From positions 1,054,001 through 1,118,000 of the forward strand of contig CM102288.1 of the NCBI GenBank assembly GCA_046563655.1: a DNA stretch of 64,000 bases. The letters run 5' to 3'. Of the stretch, positions 60,731 through 64,000 are shown piece after piece; the first letter of the stretch is position 1, and every line of letters begins with the position of its first letter. The notes under the pieces are model-generated. The model made no database searches. It had not been told where the DNA came from and saw nothing but the letters and a program-made list of their open reading frames with translations. The translations under genes were made by a program, and so were the position numbers. The DNA comes from Yuukianura sp. NJ FZ-2021. Its lineage: Eukaryota.

Positions 60731-61582
60731 TTAACAAAAAATGTCAAAAGCTGAAATTTGCTTAACACCATAAAAAATAATGTTGAGAACTGTATCATCA
60801 GAGTATGACGCTTGACGATACATGTTAAGATGGACCAGTCTAAAGTGCTCGTTAAAGTCATGGTTTGGAGTACGTCTTTGGTTGTTAATTTGAATTTGTT
60901 GATGTTTGGTAACGTCCAGAACATGCTTCGAGTAGGCTGGATTTAAAATGAAAGACTCTGGCGATAAATAGCAGGCAAATCGGTGAAACACGTTTGGTTT
61001 TTTGTATGGATGAACTTTCTTGTTCGTCTTTAAACCGGCAGCCTTGCCAATTGTTTCTTTAATTCTGTTGGCACGAGTGTTGAGAATTTTATCGCGTAGC
61101 TTTCTCATGTATTCACGTTTGGACTCATGAATGAGCTCATCCAGATACTTTTCTGTATATGAGGTCGGAAAGCAGCCACACTTTAGAAGTGATTCCACCA
61201 GAAGAGGAATGTCCATGATTTCGATGGGAAGTGGACGACCGCTACGTATGAGAAACACTCGATTCACATTGCCTGTGATGCAGTGGATAGGAAGAAGCGG
61301 TCGCTCTAGCTTTTCTTTGAGTGTTTGAAACTCTGCGGGTGACTGCTGACGAAATAACTTTAGGAATCCATTCTTGCGGTTAGTTGCCATGATTGTTTCA
61401 AAGTGTGGTAAATCCTTCATCATTTCTCCTGCGGCTATGTATGCTTTTACTAGCTTTTCCACCACGGTTGGCAGTTCCTCTGCTGTCAGAAGAATCGAAT
61501 GTCCAGAAATCTTGACTGCGATGACATCTTCCATGTCAATAAACGGTTCCGAAACCTCCATGTATGATCTGAATCCCCGCAT
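60731..61582 (-). CDS. Polinton hypothetical protein (283 aa)
   Basis: Intact ORF with upstream TACTTAAA...TCAGT and an internal repeated beta-beta-helix-like motif. Confidence 0.7.
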   Translation of the reverse strand: MRGFRSYMEVSEPFIDMEDVIAVKISGHSILLTAEELPTVVEKLVKAYIAAGEMMKDLPHFETIMATNRKNGFLKLFRQQSPAEFQTLKEKLERPLLPIHCITGNVNRVFLIRSGRPLPIEIMDIPLLVESLLKCGCFPTSYTEKYLDELIHESKREYMRKLRDKILNTRANRIKETIGKAAGLKTNKKVHPYKKPNVFHRFACYLSPESFILNPAYSKHVLDVTKHQQIQINNQRRTPNHDFNEHFRLVHLNMYRQASYSDDTVLNIIFYGVKQISAFDIFC

Positions 61583-61796
61583 GCTTATAGTTTGTGACTG
61601 GTTTCTGAACTGATGATTGCTAGTCTCAAAACTCGCTGTTTAAGTACTACTTGGACAACGTTTGAAATGCTATTTTGAAATTTTTTCAAAAACGTTTTTT
61701 CTAAAGAAATGTTATTTTGAGAACTTTTCAAGAAAAAACGTTTTTCTTGAGAAAAGATATTTTTCCAAGAACTCAAGCCTTAACTAAAAATAAATA

Positions 61797-61937
61797 AAAA
61801 AATAATAACATTGACCCCAGTCTTGTATCTAAGTACTTGTAACTTCTTAACCACAAGCGTTGACCCGTGTGGTATTCGAACCAGCGGTCGTAGAGAAGTA
61901 GTTACAAACACTTAGACACTAGGCTAGAGTCAATGTT
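61797..61937 (-). ncRNA. Putative Pol III-transcribed hairpin RNA (VA-RNA-like) of the Polinton
   Basis: A-box-like TAGCCTAGTGT (61926-61916), B-box-like GGTTCGAATACC (61882-61871), 42-bp imperfect stem 61937-61896 / 61848-61807, and T runs immediately downstream. Confidence 0.55.
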
Positions 61938-61964
61938 CGAATTTTATATACAAAAATTTCACTA

Positions 61965-62116
61965 CTTGTTTTTTGTTGTCGACTTTTTTGTTATCGACAT
62001 TTTTTGTCGACATTTTTGTTTTCGATCTTTTTTTGTCAACATTTTTGTTGTCGGCTTTTTTGTTGACGACATTTTTTGTTGACGACATTTTTTGTTGACG
62101 ACATTTTTTGTTGTTG
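61965..62116. repeat. Right subterminal short tandem repeats (about 12-16 bp, TTTTTTGTTGACGACA-like)
   Basis: About ten degenerate T5-6-GT(T)GTCGAC/GACGAC units abut the right TIR. Confidence 0.85.
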
Positions 62117-62207
62117 TGAGTTTTTTCCCTCCCCAATATTGCGGCCGACTAACCCCCGTGGCTGTTCTAAAAATAAATGAGCCCGTTGTCCTACCCAGCT
62201 ATCTACT
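62117..62207 (-). repeat. Right terminal inverted repeat (91 bp)
   Basis: Exact reverse complement of 45481-45571. Confidence 0.97.
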
Positions 62208-62791
62208 CCAGAGCACTTGAATTTAAGTGGCAGAAGAAGTGGACGTGTTAAATTGACTGAAGACATTTTGAATGGAGGAGTCGCCTAACGCGTTTCCTAA
62301 AATTTTGGAAAAGTTGTCTTTTCCGAAAATGTTTATTTCTGGAGAAAGCGTAGGAAGGAAGGCTTACAGTAATCCGGAGGACTTATTTTCCCATTCGCTA
62401 AAATATGATGATGTCAAAGACGGAATATGATTGGCATTGGCACGTACAGTTCCAGAAAAAGAGAGCACGTAAGCTTTTTTTGAAACCATTTTCTTCAATT
62501 TTCTCTACTTTTTCAAAAATTTTCTCTTTCTTTTGAAAAGAATAGGACTTTGATTGTCTTTTATTCTCCCGAGTCATGTCCATGTCCTCTCTGTCACAGA
62601 ATCTAAAGTGAATAATGGAATTGCCTTGTGTGTCTTTAGGAATGACAAAAGGAGAATAGGTTTCCTAGAAATCTAGAGACTAAAGACTTCGTGTTTTCTA
62701 GTTTCTCTCTTTATGTTCCCGCGTCTTTCGGATCGCTGAATCGCTGAATCACTTTTCCAAATTGTTTAAACCTTATCCTTTTACTTATTAG

Positions 62792-63118
62792 CAGGGATGT
62801 CAAAAATATTTAGTCTCCATGCTCGTAATCTTAATAAAAAATAATATTTCCGGATTTTTTATTTGCCCATGCCTTCAGTGTTAAATTATTCAATATTTGC
62901 GCGATTAAAAAAAATATCTTTTTAATTAGTAAATTATTTAAAAGGACTCTACGAAATCTACATGCTTTATTAAATAATGCTATATTTGTTAGATATCGCA
63001 ACCTGCCAATGCCAGGTGAAAGTTGTGCAAATACTAAATATGAATACATTTTTTCTTAAATCTGAATATTTTGTAATTAATATTTTTGGAATTTTGTCTT
63101 ATATGTTTGACATCCCTG
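62792..63118. mobile_element. hAT-superfamily MITE (327 bp)
   Basis: TIRs CAGGGATGTCAAA(A/C)ATAT and a perfect 8-bp TSD CTTATTAG (62784-62791, 63119-63126). The interior is AT-rich and non-coding. Confidence 0.9.
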
Positions 63119-63327
63119 CTTATTAGGAAAGAGGCAAGTTGAGTGGAGCTTTAAAACGGAGCACTCTTCCGTTTTAATTTAAACAGAGACAATGAGCCGG
63201 GGTGGTGTGTACTGAAGTGATTTGCGGGAAACTGGGGGAGGTGTGGGGGCGGGGGGTAATGAATCATCCAATTCATAGAATGTTGGCTCATGCTCCCTGG
63301 CTGACTGAAGTTACCCGGGTTTTGTTA

Positions 63328-63631
63328 CCTTTCTTCTTTTGTTCGGTGGAGGCTGCTGGGTGGATTGGATTGTGTGGAGGATGGAGTGAAAGCACTTTCT
63401 TTTTCATTTCTTGTTAGGAACTGGGACGGATCAGAATCGGTTGTGTGTGCTGGAGCAGCATCCACTACTGGAGTAGTGGAAATAGTGCTGGACTGGAGTT
63501 GGGTGATTCTCAGCTGGAGTCCCCCTGGAAGTCCATATGCTTCCGTTTGGTTTACCTCTGTCGGCTTGTGGAGAAAGTTCGGAGCCGAAGCTTGTTGCTT
63601 TTCTACTTTCTCCACAAACTCTGCTGACAAC
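63328..63631 (-). CDS. Possible internal exon of a Ser/Thr/Pro-rich host gene extending beyond the window
   Basis: Open frame bounded by a TGCAG acceptor and a GTAAC donor, with coding-like composition. No domain recognised. Confidence 0.3.
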
Positions 63632-64000
63632 CTGCACAAAGTTGGAGTGTTGTTGACCCTGAACAGTTTTCAACTTTTGAGGATTTCCTCAATTTTCTAC
63701 TGCAATCAAGTCCTCAAAATTTCTCGCGGTAAGAAAAAATTTTTTGAAACATTTGATGATTTGGTAAAATTTCGAAATCCCGCATAACATAAAATCATCG
63801 TCCTCGTCCTGGCATACGTTTTTTGCTAAGGTTTTAGGAGTTTCATTGATTTTTGGAGAAGAGTTCATAGAATTTTTTTCAAATTTTGTCAGTAGTTAGT
63901 TACCATCATGATGATGAAGATGAACACAAGGAATTACAATGTTAAAAAGATGTTTTTAGTCTTTTTGAAATTGATTGATGACTTGGCAGAAACATTTTTT

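Larger units (their letters stand above)
45481..62207. mobile_element. Full-length Polinton/Maverick (adintovirus-like endogenous virus), 16,727 bp
   Basis: Perfect 91-bp TIRs with AGT...ACT termini and CCAGA flanking both ends (45476-45480, 62208-62212). Encodes pPolB, DDE integrase, packaging ATPase, adenain protease, MCP and mCP. Confidence 0.97.

Noticed and set aside
61858..61933. Bona fide tRNA gene inside the Polinton
   Set aside because: A/B-box-like motifs are present, but there is no proper anticodon arm or 5-bp T stem. A long hairpin explains the sequence better, so it is reported as a putative ncRNA.
61965..62116. CRISPR-like array, and the Lys/Asn-rich ORFs 61930-62136 and 62036-62266
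   Set aside because: These are degenerate tandem repeats without unique spacers, in a eukaryotic context with no cas genes. The ORFs are by-products of the repeat, and one crosses the element boundary.

Overview
AT-rich animal genomic DNA with short GT-AG introns; probably an arthropod (inferred from TTAGG repeats, TCAGT initiators and gene content). Positions 1-45 kb hold ordinary spliced host genes: a partial Cys-rich gene, SPATA20, SPSB3, an intronless orphan, netrin, a mitochondrial-clan P450, an F-box gene, TMF1, mitochondrial thioredoxin and ATAD5. They also hold tRNA-Ile(TAT), tRNA-Asn(GTT), MITEs and a candidate intronic box C/D guide RNA against U2 snRNA. The main feature is a full-length 16.7-kb Polinton/Maverick (adintovirus-like endogenous dsDNA virus) at 45481-62207, with perfect 91-bp TIRs and a CCAGA target-site duplication. 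It encodes pPolB, packaging ATPase, integrase, adenain protease, major and minor capsid proteins and small basic/amphipathic virion proteins. Unusual aspects of the element: (i) spliceosomal introns in the pPolB, integrase and an accessory gene but in no structural gene, and the three pPolB introns split conserved motifs; (ii) a putative Pol III hairpin RNA (A/B boxes, G-U strand bias, T-run terminator) reminiscent of adenovirus VA RNA; (iii) an accessory Ulp1-like protease and an F-box-like ORF; (iv) a TTAGG tract in the integrase intron; (v) a nonsense codon in the integrase and A6-run frameshifts in one virion gene. All calls come from reading motifs by eye; no database searches were run.
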